Source: Planctomycetota bacterium
GTDB lineage: Bacteria > Planctomycetota > UBA8108 > SXIK01
Reading direction: 5' to 3'
Assembly (NCBI GenBank): GCA_965223845.1
Contig: CBDCXR010000004.1
Coordinates: 4,928,001-4,992,000 of the forward strand
Length of the DNA stretch: 64,000 bases
A model generated the notes under the pieces. It did not search any database. It was not told where the DNA came from and saw nothing but the letters and a program-made list of their open reading frames with translations. Each line of letters starts with the position of its first letter. The stretch's first letter is position 1. Both the position numbers and the translations under genes were made by a program. Below, one piece after another: positions 35,666 to 46,126 of the stretch.

Positions 35666-36310
35666 ATGTCGATCGATCGCCCACCCCCGAAACCGCAACT
35701 CCGCGACGTCACCGCGACGACGCGGAGCCTCATCGTCGGCCTCAAAGGTCAGGACGACGGAGCGTGGATGCGACTCGTGCGACTCTACACTCCGCTCGTT
35801 TACCACTGGTGCCAACGACACAATCTCTCGCACGACGACATTTTGGACGTCGTTCAAGAAGTGTTTCGAGCGGTCGCCGAAAACATCGATCGATTTCGAA
35901 AGGAGCGGACGGGCGACACGTTTCGCGGCTGGCTACGCGTCATCACTCGAAGCAAGGCGATGGATGTCCACCGGCGCTCTCGCAACGAAGTGCGCGGAGC
36001 GGGCGGAAGCGAGGCGCTTCGTCGACTCGAGGCGATTCCCGCGCCGGAAAGAGCGGTCGACGCGGAAGCTGACCGCATCGACGACACGGAAGCGAAAACC
36101 ATTCTCTTTCGTCGCGCGCTCGAGCTCGTGCGGGAGAACTTTCGCGAACGGACGTGGACGGCGTTCTGGCGCGTCGTCGTCGACGAACGTACTCCCGCCG
36201 AAGTCGCCGACGAGATGGGAATGAACCCGGGCGCGGTTCGAGTCGCGAAGAGTCGGGTTCTGCAGCGGCTTCGTCTCGAGCTGGATGGGGAGCTCGATCC
36301 ATCGGGCTAG
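35666..36310 (+). CDS. ECF sigma-70 factor (kinase-associated type)
   Basis: AWMRLVRLYTPLV, DVVQEVF, GDTFRGWL, EVADEMGMNPGAVRVAKSRVLQRLR; 6 nt after the kinase stop. Confidence 0.92.
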   Translation: MSIDRPPPKPQLRDVTATTRSLIVGLKGQDDGAWMRLVRLYTPLVYHWCQRHNLSHDDILDVVQEVFRAVAENIDRFRKERTGDTFRGWLRVITRSKAMDVHRRSRNEVRGAGGSEALRRLEAIPAPERAVDAEADRIDDTEAKTILFRRALELVRENFRERTWTAFWRVVVDERTPAEVADEMGMNPGAVRVAKSRVLQRLRLELDGELDPSG

Positions 36311-36487
36311 CGCGGCGGCGAACATCCCGGGAGTCGCGTGTCACTTGACGCGAGCGAGCAGCACTCGGCCCGCGGAGGATTCTTGTTCCCCGGCGCCGCT
36401 TCTTCCTTCGAGCCGTTTTCTAAATCCCTTGCGCGAAGCGTCCTTCTGCACGTTGGCCAATCGCCGATCTCGGGGCGGCGACCAGAC

Positions 36488-37462
36488 CTACTGCGACCAC
36501 TCCGTCGGCTCTCGATCCCAACGATGACTCGCTAGCTCGGCGAGCAATGGCTTCGCCAGTGGCCCCGCGTCGCTCACTTCGATGTTGGCTTCGACGTGCT
36601 CAATCTTCCTCATGCCCGGGATCGTCGTCGCGATGCGCGGCTCGCTCAGGACGAAGCGGAGCGCCATCTCCGCCATCGTCATTCCTGCGGGCACGAGCGG
36701 CTTCAGCGCATCGCCGTGCTCGACGCTCGAGCGCAAATTCTCGGGCACGAAATACGTGTTTCTCCAGTCGCCGTCGGGCCATCGACTTTCGAGCGTGAGG
36801 TTTCCCGTGAGTGTTCCTTCGTCGAACGGGACTCGCGCGATCACGGCGACGTCGTGTTCCGTGCACGCGGGGAGCAGCTCGTCCTTCGGGTTCTGATCGA
36901 AGATGTTGTAGATCACTTGCACCGCGTCGACGACACCGCGCTCGACCGCACGCACGCCGTTCCACGGCTCCCACCGATTGACGCTGATCCCGATCGCGTG
37001 GATCTTGCCCGCGTCCTTCAGCCGAAGGAGCGCGTCGAGCCAGCGGGCGTCCTCGAGCCAGCTGTCCTCCCAGGTGTGGAGCTGCATCAGATCGAAGGAT
37101 TCGAGCTCGGCGTTCGCCAGACTCAAGCCTACATACTCCTCGACGTGGTCCGGCGGAAAACAGTCGTCGACCGAAAACTCGCGCCGACTCGGCCAACGAA
37201 AGTTCTTCGGCGGGATCTTCGTCGCCGTATAAAGCTTGCGATCGTCGTTAGCGCGAAGAAGCCGACCGAGCAAGCCTTCGCTGTGCCCCTCGCCGTATCC
37301 CCACGCCGTGTCGAAGAAGTTGCAGCCGAGCTCGACCGCTCGCTGAAGCGATCGAAGGGATTCGTCGTCGTCGGATCCCGTCCAGCCTCCCATTCCCCAC
37401 ATGCCGTAGCCGATCTCGCTCACCTGCCATTCGGTTCGACCGAACCTGCGGTACTGCATCAC
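36488..37462 (-). CDS. Aldo/keto reductase
   Basis: YRRFGRT...VSEIGYG, FFDTAWGYG, ATK, QVIYNIF, TIPGMRK. Confidence 0.92.
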   Translation of the reverse strand: MMQYRRFGRTEWQVSEIGYGMWGMGGWTGSDDDESLRSLQRAVELGCNFFDTAWGYGEGHSEGLLGRLLRANDDRKLYTATKIPPKNFRWPSRREFSVDDCFPPDHVEEYVGLSLANAELESFDLMQLHTWEDSWLEDARWLDALLRLKDAGKIHAIGISVNRWEPWNGVRAVERGVVDAVQVIYNIFDQNPKDELLPACTEHDVAVIARVPFDEGTLTGNLTLESRWPDGDWRNTYFVPENLRSSVEHGDALKPLVPAGMTMAEMALRFVLSEPRIATTIPGMRKIEHVEANIEVSDAGPLAKPLLAELASHRWDREPTEWSQ

Positions 37463-37489
37463 TCGCTCCGCGCTGCCGATTGACGTCGT

Positions 37490-38974
37490 CTACTCCCCGC
37501 CCGCCGGCTTCTCCGGCTCGGTGTCACCCTTGACTTCTCCCGCAGGCCGCGTGTGCAGCTGGAGATCAAAGTCGAACGCACGTGCGGTGCGATCGAGGAT
37601 CTCGACGATCTCGGGTTCTGACGCCGCGAGGTTGTTCGATTCGGCGATGTCGGCTTCGAGGTCGTAGAGCTCGGCCGGAGTCACCTTGGGCGGCGCGTCG
37701 GGACGGTTCTTCCTCGGCCGCTGCGTCTTCTCGAGTCGGAGCTTCCATCGTCCGCTGCGCACGGCTTCGAGTCGTCCCCCACGATAAAAATAGAAGGCTT
37801 CGTGTGGACTCCTAGCGTTGCTCGCTCCGACGAGCAAACCGCTGATGTCTCGACCGTCGATCCTTCGCCTGCCGGAGAGCGTAGCTCCGGCGAAGTTTGC
37901 GAACGTCGGGAGCAGGTCGAACGTCGCGGCGACCTCGCGGCAAACCGTTCCCGCCGGAATCCGTCCGGGCCACCGCGCCAGAGCTGGGACGCGCATGCCT
38001 CCCTCGTATGTGCTGAACTTCCCCGCGCGAAGCGGCAGCGCCGACCCGCCGTGATGCTTCATCCCGAGCCAGGGCCCGTTGTCCGACGTGTAGAAAACGA
38101 GCGTCTTCTTGTCGAGACCCGTTCGCTCTAGCGCCGCGAGGATCGTCCCGACCGATGCGTCGATCTCCTCGATGACATCGCCGTACGGCCCTCCCTTCGA
38201 CTTCCCTTTGAACTCGGGCGGCGAGAAGAGGGGAATGTGCGGCATGGTGTGCGCGAGGTAGAGAAAGAACGGCTTCTCTCGGTTCTTCTCGATGAACGAG
38301 ACCGCCTCGGAGGTGTAACGACTCGTCAGCGTCACCTGCTTCGCAGGACGCTCGATGATCGCCTCGTCACGCAGGAGCGGCACGTTCCAGAACGACGCGT
38401 CATCGGTCGCGTACGCGTGATCGAGTCCCGCAACGCCCTTGCCCGGACTCTTCACGCGGTCCATGTCGTTCGAGTACGGGATGCCGAAATAGGAATCGAA
38501 GCCCTGACGCGTCGGAAGGAATTCCTTCCGGTGACCGAGATGCCATTTTCCGACGCAGGCGGTCGCGTAACCGCGCGTTTTCAAGACGTCGGCGATCGTC
38601 TCTTCGTCCGGATGAAGCCCGATTCGATGGCGGGGAAAGAGGACACCCGTGATCCCGACGCGCGGCGGGTAGCAGCCGGTGAGGAGTGCCGCACGCGACG
38701 CCGAACAGACCGGTGCGAGCGCGTAAAAGTCGGTGAACCGCACGCCCTCACGGGCAAGGCGATCGAGGTGAGGAGTCCGGATCGTCTCCGATCCAAAGCA
38801 CCCGACGTCCTGGTAGCCCTGGTCGTCGACGAAAATGAGAACGAAGTTCGGCCGCTCCCGCTTCGGGGGCGGTGATCCCTCCGCGGAGAGTGCGTGCCGG
38901 TCCGCAAGGAGCGCTCCGAACACAGCGAGAACGACCGTCAACCGAGATCTCGATCGAGGTCCACGGCCCGTCAT
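37490..38974 (-). CDS. Sulfatase (Cys-type)
   Basis: PNFVLIFVDD, CSASRAALLTG, GKWHLG, YTSDNG; ATG at 38974 overlaps the upstream stop (ATGA). Confidence 0.92.
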   Translation of the reverse strand: MTGRGPRSRSRLTVVLAVFGALLADRHALSAEGSPPPKRERPNFVLIFVDDQGYQDVGCFGSETIRTPHLDRLAREGVRFTDFYALAPVCSASRAALLTGCYPPRVGITGVLFPRHRIGLHPDEETIADVLKTRGYATACVGKWHLGHRKEFLPTRQGFDSYFGIPYSNDMDRVKSPGKGVAGLDHAYATDDASFWNVPLLRDEAIIERPAKQVTLTSRYTSEAVSFIEKNREKPFFLYLAHTMPHIPLFSPPEFKGKSKGGPYGDVIEEIDASVGTILAALERTGLDKKTLVFYTSDNGPWLGMKHHGGSALPLRAGKFSTYEGGMRVPALARWPGRIPAGTVCREVAATFDLLPTFANFAGATLSGRRRIDGRDISGLLVGASNARSPHEAFYFYRGGRLEAVRSGRWKLRLEKTQRPRKNRPDAPPKVTPAELYDLEADIAESNNLAASEPEIVEILDRTARAFDFDLQLHTRPAGEVKGDTEPEKPAGGE

Positions 38975-41900
38975 TCCCGAGCCTGCCACTCGATGGTCCA
39001 TTCGCACGAATCGTCGCCTCCCATCGTCTTGAAGATCACGGTTCTCGCTGCTCGATCGTAGATCCAACCGTCACCGCCTCGATCGAGCTCTTCACTCGAT
39101 GTCTTCTCCGCACCGGCACCCGAAACCGAGTCCGGCCGATCGACGGGCGCGAGCGATGCGTACGTCGAGTGCTCGCGGTCCGCGACGAGTCGGCAGCGGA
39201 GACGCCGACCGGATCGATCCACCAGGACCTCGAACTCGCGCGCCGGAGCGCTAAAGAACGCGCGCGAAGCGCGAAGCGCAACGACGCGAGTTTCGATCTC
39301 CGGCGACCGCCCACGCAGGCGGAACTCGTTGAGAAGAATATTCTCCGGATTGATATCCGCCGGTCGCGGCTCGTTCGCCTCGAGACTCCACGAATCGGGA
39401 TAGCAGCCCTTCTGCGGCCCGTCGGTGTACTGCTGCCACATCGCGGAGTTCACGATGCCCTGAGCAATCTTGCGCCAGTCGAGGTCGGCGTCGAACTCCG
39501 CGCGCGCGCTCAGCTCGCTTAAATCCTGCAGCGCGTAGGCGTAGACGAGTCCGCACCAGACGACCGGCAGCCCGAGCCACGAGTGCCGAAAGAACGTCGA
39601 CCCGATCACCGAGACGACATTGTAGCGCATCGTGGGATGCCCCTCGAGATTCCAGAGATAGAGGAACGGCAGTCCGGTCCACGCCCAGTAGCGCGCACGG
39701 CGGAGGAACTCGCGATCGCCGGTGATTCGATAGGCCTCCGAGTACGCGCGGATCGCGTAAGCCGATGCGAGGATGTCCGGTTGATAGAGCGGGCACTCCC
39801 ACATCTGCGCACCGCGGGGAACGTCATAGCGATCGAACTGCTCGATCGCGGCGAGCGACTCGCGAAGGAGCGCGGCGTCACCCGTGAGACGCGCAGCGCG
39901 AAGCGCGACGAACGCCGGCAGCGCCGCTTGACCGAGCGTGTGATCTCCGGCCTTCCCGAGCGACGCGTGCCGCTCGCTCGAGGGACGCCAGACCCAAAGT
40001 CCGTTCTCTCGACCGCGAAGGAGCTCTTCGGCGTGACGGCGGAAATCGTCGAGGGACTCGGGAAGAGCGCCCGCGAAGTAGGGCAGCTCGCCGAGAGCGA
40101 TGTGACAACCGTCGCGACGCCATCGTCGCTCGCGCGGGACGCGCTCGAGCACCGCGCCGACGCGCCGCTCGATCTCACCCCGTACCGCGCTCGGAACGCC
40201 GGCGCGGAGATCGAGCAGAAGCGGAAGCGAGTGGCCGACGAAAGGCCCCTTCGGCCAGCCGTGGCAGTGGCTCCAACCCGGCGGATCGTCCGCCCAGAGC
40301 GTGTCGAAGTAGGCGTGTCGAGAGAGCGCGCGTTCGTCGCCCCACGAACGAGGCTGAGGTGACGGCGCGGGAAAACCGTACTGATCGAACCAAAAACGGA
40401 ACGACTCGAGCACGAGTCCGCCGCGTCGCGGTCCGCGCGCAACGGAGCTCGTCGCATGACGCGATCGGTGGTCGAGCGCGAGAACCGCCTCGATCGTGAG
40501 CTCCGCACCCGCGGCGATGGCAACCGGCGTCGTCGCAACATAGGCGTTCTCCGGCCGAAACTCGCCGACCGGAGGAACACTGAGGGAGAGATGGTGATGC
40601 TCGTAGCCGTCGTTCGGCTGCGGCGAATGAAAACGTGCTGCGAGATGGCGACGCGGCTCGCTTCGAGTTTTCATCCACGCCGAGCTCGGCGGCCAAAGAA
40701 GCGCGACGAGCTGATCGTTCGCCTCGATCGCCATGAGCGTCGTTGCGATCTTGTACGTCGCCGGGACGCGGCGATCGCTCAGCGGAAACGCGAGGTCCCG
40801 CTCGGAAGACGACGCCTCACCGGCCGCGAGGTACTCGAGACCGGGAAAGATGGCGAACGATTTCTCCGCGCCGAACGATCGATCCCCCGCGAGCACTCGC
40901 GGCCCCGCGAACAGGTACACGTCTCCGCTCGTCCCCGCGACGAGTCGCGTCGTCCAACGAAACGAGCTCCCCTTCGCGTCGGGACGGAGATCGATCTCGA
41001 CGGGCCACTCACTCCGCCCTACGCGAAACGATCCGCGGAGACGCAGGGCGCCGGACGCGCCGATCTCTTCCGGCGCCTTGGTCAATCGGAACGGCGGCTG
41101 GAGCGGAGTTGCTGATTCCCGTCGCGTTCCCTTCGCATCGACGAGGAGTTCCGCGAGTGGATAGATCGAAGCCGAGCGATGCCACCGGCCGTCGGCGTCG
41201 CGGCAGTCGGCGAACGCGTAGGCGCGTCCGTCGCGTTCCACGACAAGACGAACGCGGGCCGATGCCGTCACGACGGAGTGCACCGCAACGCTTTCGCCGG
41301 ACGTCGACTCGACGTCTCGGTCCGGATCGCGCTCGAAGACGAAGAACCGCGTCCGGACTCTTCCGTTCACCGTGACGCGACCTTCCCCGCGCTTCCTGCT
41401 GACGACGCGCCGGACCGCGCGGATCGTCCGCGCCCCGGGGTCGAGAGCTCCGACGGAGATTCTTCGGCGGTCCACCGCCCCCTCCGTCTCGCACGCGACT
41501 TCGATCGAGGTCGACGGTGACGTGGGACCGAGCCCCGCGTTCCTAAGATGTACGACGACGTTGAACGGACGATCACGCGTGACGAGGGGAGAGCTGAGCG
41601 CGACGTCATCGACGACGAGCTCGGGCGCGAACGGCGCGCCCCTGACCGACTCGACGCGGGCGTCGCCGCTCTCGACATTCACGCTCACCGGCGCCGCATG
41701 ATCGAACGCGATCGGCCAGATATGTTCGCCCGGCGAGAAAGCACGCTCCTCGCGCTTCGAGCCGAGCGCTAGTGTGAGCCGCGACGGCTCCGAACACTCG
41801 ACCCGGGCGAACGCCACTCCGACCGCCCCTTCGAGAAGCACCGGCTCGGGCGCCAGGAAATCGATCCCGTTCGACAGCGCTAGGACGATCGGTTGTCCGA

Positions 41901-42438
41901 AGACGCTCCAGTCGTAGGCGGAGTTGCCGTCGATCGAATCCGTAACGAGAGCGATCTCGATCGCCTCACCCGCCCAGGCATCGAGCGCGATCGCCCGATC
42001 GCGCCAGCCGTCTCCGCTGATCTCCTCGGCGAACGCCGCGGAGCCGTTCACACGCACACCGAATCGAACGCCATTCGGACGACCCGTCTCCCAAGGGACG
42101 TCGTCACGGAAGCCGATCCGAAAGTAGAAATAGACCGATTCCTGCGGCCGTCGCTCGGGTAGCTCGAGCCGCGCCGACGTATACGTCGCCTCCGTGCTAG
42201 TCGTCGGGTGGAGAAAGATCCCCGGAAGCTCACGCCCGCCAGCGCGCTCGGCGAGGCTAGCGGACGCCGCTGCGGCACCCTGCGCGCGCGACGAATCGAA
42301 ATCCTCTACGAGGTCGCCGAGAACGCGAAGCGACGCGTCGGGCGACGCGAACACGACGACGGGATTGCCGAGCGCAACGGCGGACGTCGCGGCGAGAAGG
42401 CAGAGTGGACGAGAAAAAAAGGAGAGCGAGCCCATCAC
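38971..42438 (-). CDS. Large secreted hypothetical protein, possible carbohydrate-active enzyme
   Basis: Signal peptide; NPCBM-like segment (GVRFGVRVNG...DGNSAYDWSVFGQP); CARDB-like segment; aromatic-rich helical C-terminus (AYSEAYRITGDREFLRRARYWA). Confidence 0.7.
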   Translation of the reverse strand: MMGSLSFFSRPLCLLAATSAVALGNPVVVFASPDASLRVLGDLVEDFDSSRAQGAAAASASLAERAGGRELPGIFLHPTTSTEATYTSARLELPERRPQESVYFYFRIGFRDDVPWETGRPNGVRFGVRVNGSAAFAEEISGDGWRDRAIALDAWAGEAIEIALVTDSIDGNSAYDWSVFGQPIVLALSNGIDFLAPEPVLLEGAVGVAFARVECSEPSRLTLALGSKREERAFSPGEHIWPIAFDHAAPVSVNVESGDARVESVRGAPFAPELVVDDVALSSPLVTRDRPFNVVVHLRNAGLGPTSPSTSIEVACETEGAVDRRRISVGALDPGARTIRAVRRVVSRKRGEGRVTVNGRVRTRFFVFERDPDRDVESTSGESVAVHSVVTASARVRLVVERDGRAYAFADCRDADGRWHRSASIYPLAELLVDAKGTRRESATPLQPPFRLTKAPEEIGASGALRLRGSFRVGRSEWPVEIDLRPDAKGSSFRWTTRLVAGTSGDVYLFAGPRVLAGDRSFGAEKSFAIFPGLEYLAAGEASSSERDLAFPLSDRRVPATYKIATTLMAIEANDQLVALLWPPSSAWMKTRSEPRRHLAARFHSPQPNDGYEHHHLSLSVPPVGEFRPENAYVATTPVAIAAGAELTIEAVLALDHRSRHATSSVARGPRRGGLVLESFRFWFDQYGFPAPSPQPRSWGDERALSRHAYFDTLWADDPPGWSHCHGWPKGPFVGHSLPLLLDLRAGVPSAVRGEIERRVGAVLERVPRERRWRRDGCHIALGELPYFAGALPESLDDFRRHAEELLRGRENGLWVWRPSSERHASLGKAGDHTLGQAALPAFVALRAARLTGDAALLRESLAAIEQFDRYDVPRGAQMWECPLYQPDILASAYAIRAYSEAYRITGDREFLRRARYWAWTGLPFLYLWNLEGHPTMRYNVVSVIGSTFFRHSWLGLPVVWCGLVYAYALQDLSELSARAEFDADLDWRKIAQGIVNSAMWQQYTDGPQKGCYPDSWSLEANEPRPADINPENILLNEFRLRGRSPEIETRVVALRASRAFFSAPAREFEVLVDRSGRRLRCRLVADREHSTYASLAPVDRPDSVSGAGAEKTSSEELDRGGDGWIYDRAARTVIFKTMGGDDSCEWTIEWQARE

Positions 42439-42622
42439 CCGGACATCCTAACCCGCTCGGTCGGGTTTCCTTTCGACGAACTGCCGCGGAGCGGAGTCCG
42501 GCTCGATCATCACGCTTTCGCGGGGCGCCTGCCGCCGTTACAGTGTTCGGCATCGCCGGGGGCCGTCTCGCGCCCGCCCGGCCCCACCGTCCAGGACGCG
42601 CCACTACTTGGAGCAACTCCCC

Positions 42623-43933
42623 ATGAGCAGCCGTGTTCACCGTTTCGTCCCCGCCGGAATCACCCTCTGCGCGCTCGTCGCACTCACGCCGAGTGTTTCG
42701 TTCGCCGCCGAGCCCAACACTCTCACCGCGGAAGAGAAAGCCGAAGGATTTCGGCTGCTCTTCGACGGCAAGACTCTAACGCACTGGGACGGACGGCCCG
42801 ATTTCTGGAGCGTCGAGGACGGCGCGATCGTCGGCACGACGACGAACGAGCGACCGACGAAGGGGAACACGTTCTGCTTCTATCGCCGTGAGCTGCTCGG
42901 AGACTTCGAGCTTCGCATCCAATGGAAGATCGAAGGCGGAAACTCCGGGATTCAGTTTCGCAGTAGAGACTTCGGCAATTGGGTTTGCGGCGGCTACCAG
43001 GCCGACATCGACTCGGGCGGACGCTACACCGGGATCCTCTACGAGGAACGCGGGCGTGCGATCCTTGCCGAGGTGAACGAAAAGGTGCAGCGTACGGCCG
43101 ATGGAAAGAAAAAGGTCGTCGGTCACTTCTCCGGTGTCGAAGCGATCAAGGCGGCGGTGAAGCAGGGCGATTGGAACGAGACGCGAGTCGTCGCCAAGGG
43201 GAATCACATCCTTCAGCAGATCAACGGCGTCACGACGATGGAGCTCATCGACGACGAAGTCGCGAAGCGCGCCGACGGCGGAGTGCTCGCCCTTCAGCTC
43301 CACGCCGGACCGCCGATGAAGATCCGGTTCCGCTCCATCCGCGCGAAGAACCTCGATCCCGAGGGATATTCGCCGCTCTTCGATGGCGTCTCGCTCACCG
43401 GCTGGAAGAAGCACGAAACGCAGTCCGACGGAAAGTGGACGGTCGAGGATCGAGCGATCGTCGGCCGGCAGCATCCGCCGGGAAAGGGTGGATTCCTCCG
43501 GACGACGCGCACGTACAAGAATTACGAGCTCGCGTTCGAGACGAAGATCGAGTGGCCGTTCGACAGCGGAGCGTTTCTGCGCGTCGGTCCCGACGGAAAA
43601 AGTCACCAGGTGACGCTCGACTACCGCAAAGGGGGCGAGATCGGCGGCATCTACTGTCCTTGGACGCAGGGATTCGTTCACCACTGCCCCGATGGGATCA
43701 AGAGCTTCAAGAAGGACGAGTGGAACAAGGTCAAGATCCGCATCGAAGGTGAGCCGTCTCGCATCCAGGTGTGGGTGAACGGCACGCAGATCACGGATTT
43801 CCAGCACAGCGAGAAGACGACGAAGGGAATCCCGAGCGAGGGGTTCGTCTGCCTTCAAGTGCATCCTGGTGGCGAGGGATACGACAAGGCGTTCGCCGCG
43901 TTCCGCGATCTCCGTATTCGCGAGATCGACTGA
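42623..43933 (+). CDS. Tandem DUF1080 (3-keto-disaccharide hydrolase-like) protein
   Basis: Two domains each with LFDG.(T/S)L..W, (N/D)SG, WN and LQ(L/V)H motifs; signal peptide. Confidence 0.9.
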   Translation: MSSRVHRFVPAGITLCALVALTPSVSFAAEPNTLTAEEKAEGFRLLFDGKTLTHWDGRPDFWSVEDGAIVGTTTNERPTKGNTFCFYRRELLGDFELRIQWKIEGGNSGIQFRSRDFGNWVCGGYQADIDSGGRYTGILYEERGRAILAEVNEKVQRTADGKKKVVGHFSGVEAIKAAVKQGDWNETRVVAKGNHILQQINGVTTMELIDDEVAKRADGGVLALQLHAGPPMKIRFRSIRAKNLDPEGYSPLFDGVSLTGWKKHETQSDGKWTVEDRAIVGRQHPPGKGGFLRTTRTYKNYELAFETKIEWPFDSGAFLRVGPDGKSHQVTLDYRKGGEIGGIYCPWTQGFVHHCPDGIKSFKKDEWNKVKIRIEGEPSRIQVWVNGTQITDFQHSEKTTKGIPSEGFVCLQVHPGGEGYDKAFAAFRDLRIREID

Positions 43934-43972
43934 GCGACGGATCCGAAATCTGAACCAAGAAGTGAGGGAATC

Positions 43973-44419
43973 ATGGGCGAATCGAAACACGATGCAGCAT
44001 CATCGCTCGGCTTGCTGCTGCTCCGACTCGGCGCCGGGAGCTTGATGCTCTTCGGGCACGGATGGGGAAAGATCGCGAATTACTCGGATCTCACCGATTC
44101 GTTTCCCGATCCGCTTGGACTCGGGCACACACTGAGCCTCTGGCTCGCGATCGCGGCCGAAGCGGGCGGGAGCTTGCTCATCATGCTCGGTCTCGCGACG
44201 CGCCTTTCGGCGCTCGGACTCGTGATCACGATGGCGGTCGCGGCGTTCATCTTCCACGCGAGTGATCCGACGTTCATCCCGCGTCCGCCGGGACCGGCTA
44301 AGGAGCTCGCGCTCGTGTACCTCATCGCGTTCACCGCCCTACTCTTTACCGGCGCGGGAAAGTTCTCCTTAGATGCAGCGCTCCTCGGCAAGAGAAAGAA
44401 AGGCGGCGGCGGTCACTAG
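43973..44419 (+). CDS. DoxX family membrane protein
   Basis: GLLLLRL...HGWGKI...FPDPLGLG...E...GLATRL...GAGKFSLD. Confidence 0.9.
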   Translation: MGESKHDAASSLGLLLLRLGAGSLMLFGHGWGKIANYSDLTDSFPDPLGLGHTLSLWLAIAAEAGGSLLIMLGLATRLSALGLVITMAVAAFIFHASDPTFIPRPPGPAKELALVYLIAFTALLFTGAGKFSLDAALLGKRKKGGGGH

Positions 44420-45443
44420 AAGCCTCCCCGAAAAGCCGGACGCGATCGAGCTCGCGGCCGAGAGCCCAGCTCGATCGCCTCTCGCCTGGACAGGCGAGAC
44501 CCCGTTTTATCAAGCCGGGCTCCAGGGCTACTCCGACGCAGCGATGCGGATCATCGCGCGTCGCTTCGGAAGCCCCTACTGCGTGACCGAGGCCATCGTC
44601 GATCAGGTTCTTCTCACTCGGGGGCGCAGCGAGGAAAACGCGCGCCTCGATCCCGAAGACCATCCGATCGCCGGGCAGCTCATGGGTTCCCAGCCCGAGA
44701 CGATGGCGGAGGCGGCGCGCAGACTCGTCGAGCTCGGCTACGACGTCGTCGACGTCAACCTCGCCTGTCCCGTGAAGAAGATGGGCCGTCGCTGTCGAGG
44801 GGGGCTCCTTCTCTCGCAGCCGGATGAAGCCCGCGAAGTTCTCGCCGCCGTCCGGGGCGCGGTCGCGGGGGCCGTCCCGACGACGGTCAAGCTTCGCCGC
44901 GGCTTCGACGACGGGAGCGAATCGAAAGCGAGCTTTCTGCGAATCTTCGACGCAGTCGTTGAGCTAGGTTACGCGTCAGCGACCGTCCACGCGCGGACCG
45001 TTCGGCAGAAGTACGCCGGCGGCGCGGAGTGGTCGTCTCTCCGGGACCTCGTCGAACGCTACGCGAGCTTCCCGATTTGTGGATCCGGGGACATCTTCAG
45101 TGCGCAGGCGATCTTCGACATGATCGCGGCAACCGGCGTGCGCGCGGTATCGGTCGCCCGCGGAGCGATCGGGAATCCGTGGATCTTCCGTGAAGCACGC
45201 GCTCTCCTCCGCGGCGAAGAAGTCGCGCCGCCGAACGTCACCGAGCAAGGCGCCGTGCTCGCGGAGCAGTACCGCCTCGCCGAACGATTCCACGACCGCA
45301 AGGCCGCGTGCCGGCTGATGCGAAAGATCGGGATCAAGTTCGCCGAGGTGCATCGCCCAAACGACCTCGAGGTGAAACGCGCGTTTATCGCGGTTCGAAC
45401 GACCGAGGATTGGTGGGGAGTTCTTTCGCGGTGGTACGGCTAG
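44373..45443 (+). CDS. dus: tRNA-dihydrouridine synthase family protein
   Basis: AGLQGYSD, QLMG, DVNLACPV, TVKLRRG, TVHART, GSGDI, VARGAIGNPWIF; start uncertain (47-nt overlap with DoxX). Confidence 0.88.
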   Translation: MQRSSARERKAAAVTRSLPEKPDAIELAAESPARSPLAWTGETPFYQAGLQGYSDAAMRIIARRFGSPYCVTEAIVDQVLLTRGRSEENARLDPEDHPIAGQLMGSQPETMAEAARRLVELGYDVVDVNLACPVKKMGRRCRGGLLLSQPDEAREVLAAVRGAVAGAVPTTVKLRRGFDDGSESKASFLRIFDAVVELGYASATVHARTVRQKYAGGAEWSSLRDLVERYASFPICGSGDIFSAQAIFDMIAATGVRAVSVARGAIGNPWIFREARALLRGEEVAPPNVTEQGAVLAEQYRLAERFHDRKAACRLMRKIGIKFAEVHRPNDLEVKRAFIAVRTTEDWWGVLSRWYG

Positions 45444-45475
45444 GGGGGAGGGAGAAAGAGGCGAGAAACTCACCC

Positions 45476-46054
<579 letters not shown>

Positions 46055-46126
46055 GACCTCCTCCTAGTTCTCTTCGCTCTGGTTTCGAAGGATCGTGCTC
46101 GAGCGCGCGCAGTTTCCGCGGTTCGA

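Noticed and set aside
42536-42542. TGTAACG on the minus strand upstream of the 1155-aa gene as a third exporter-type motif
   Set aside because: The downstream CGTT and CTxT elements are absent
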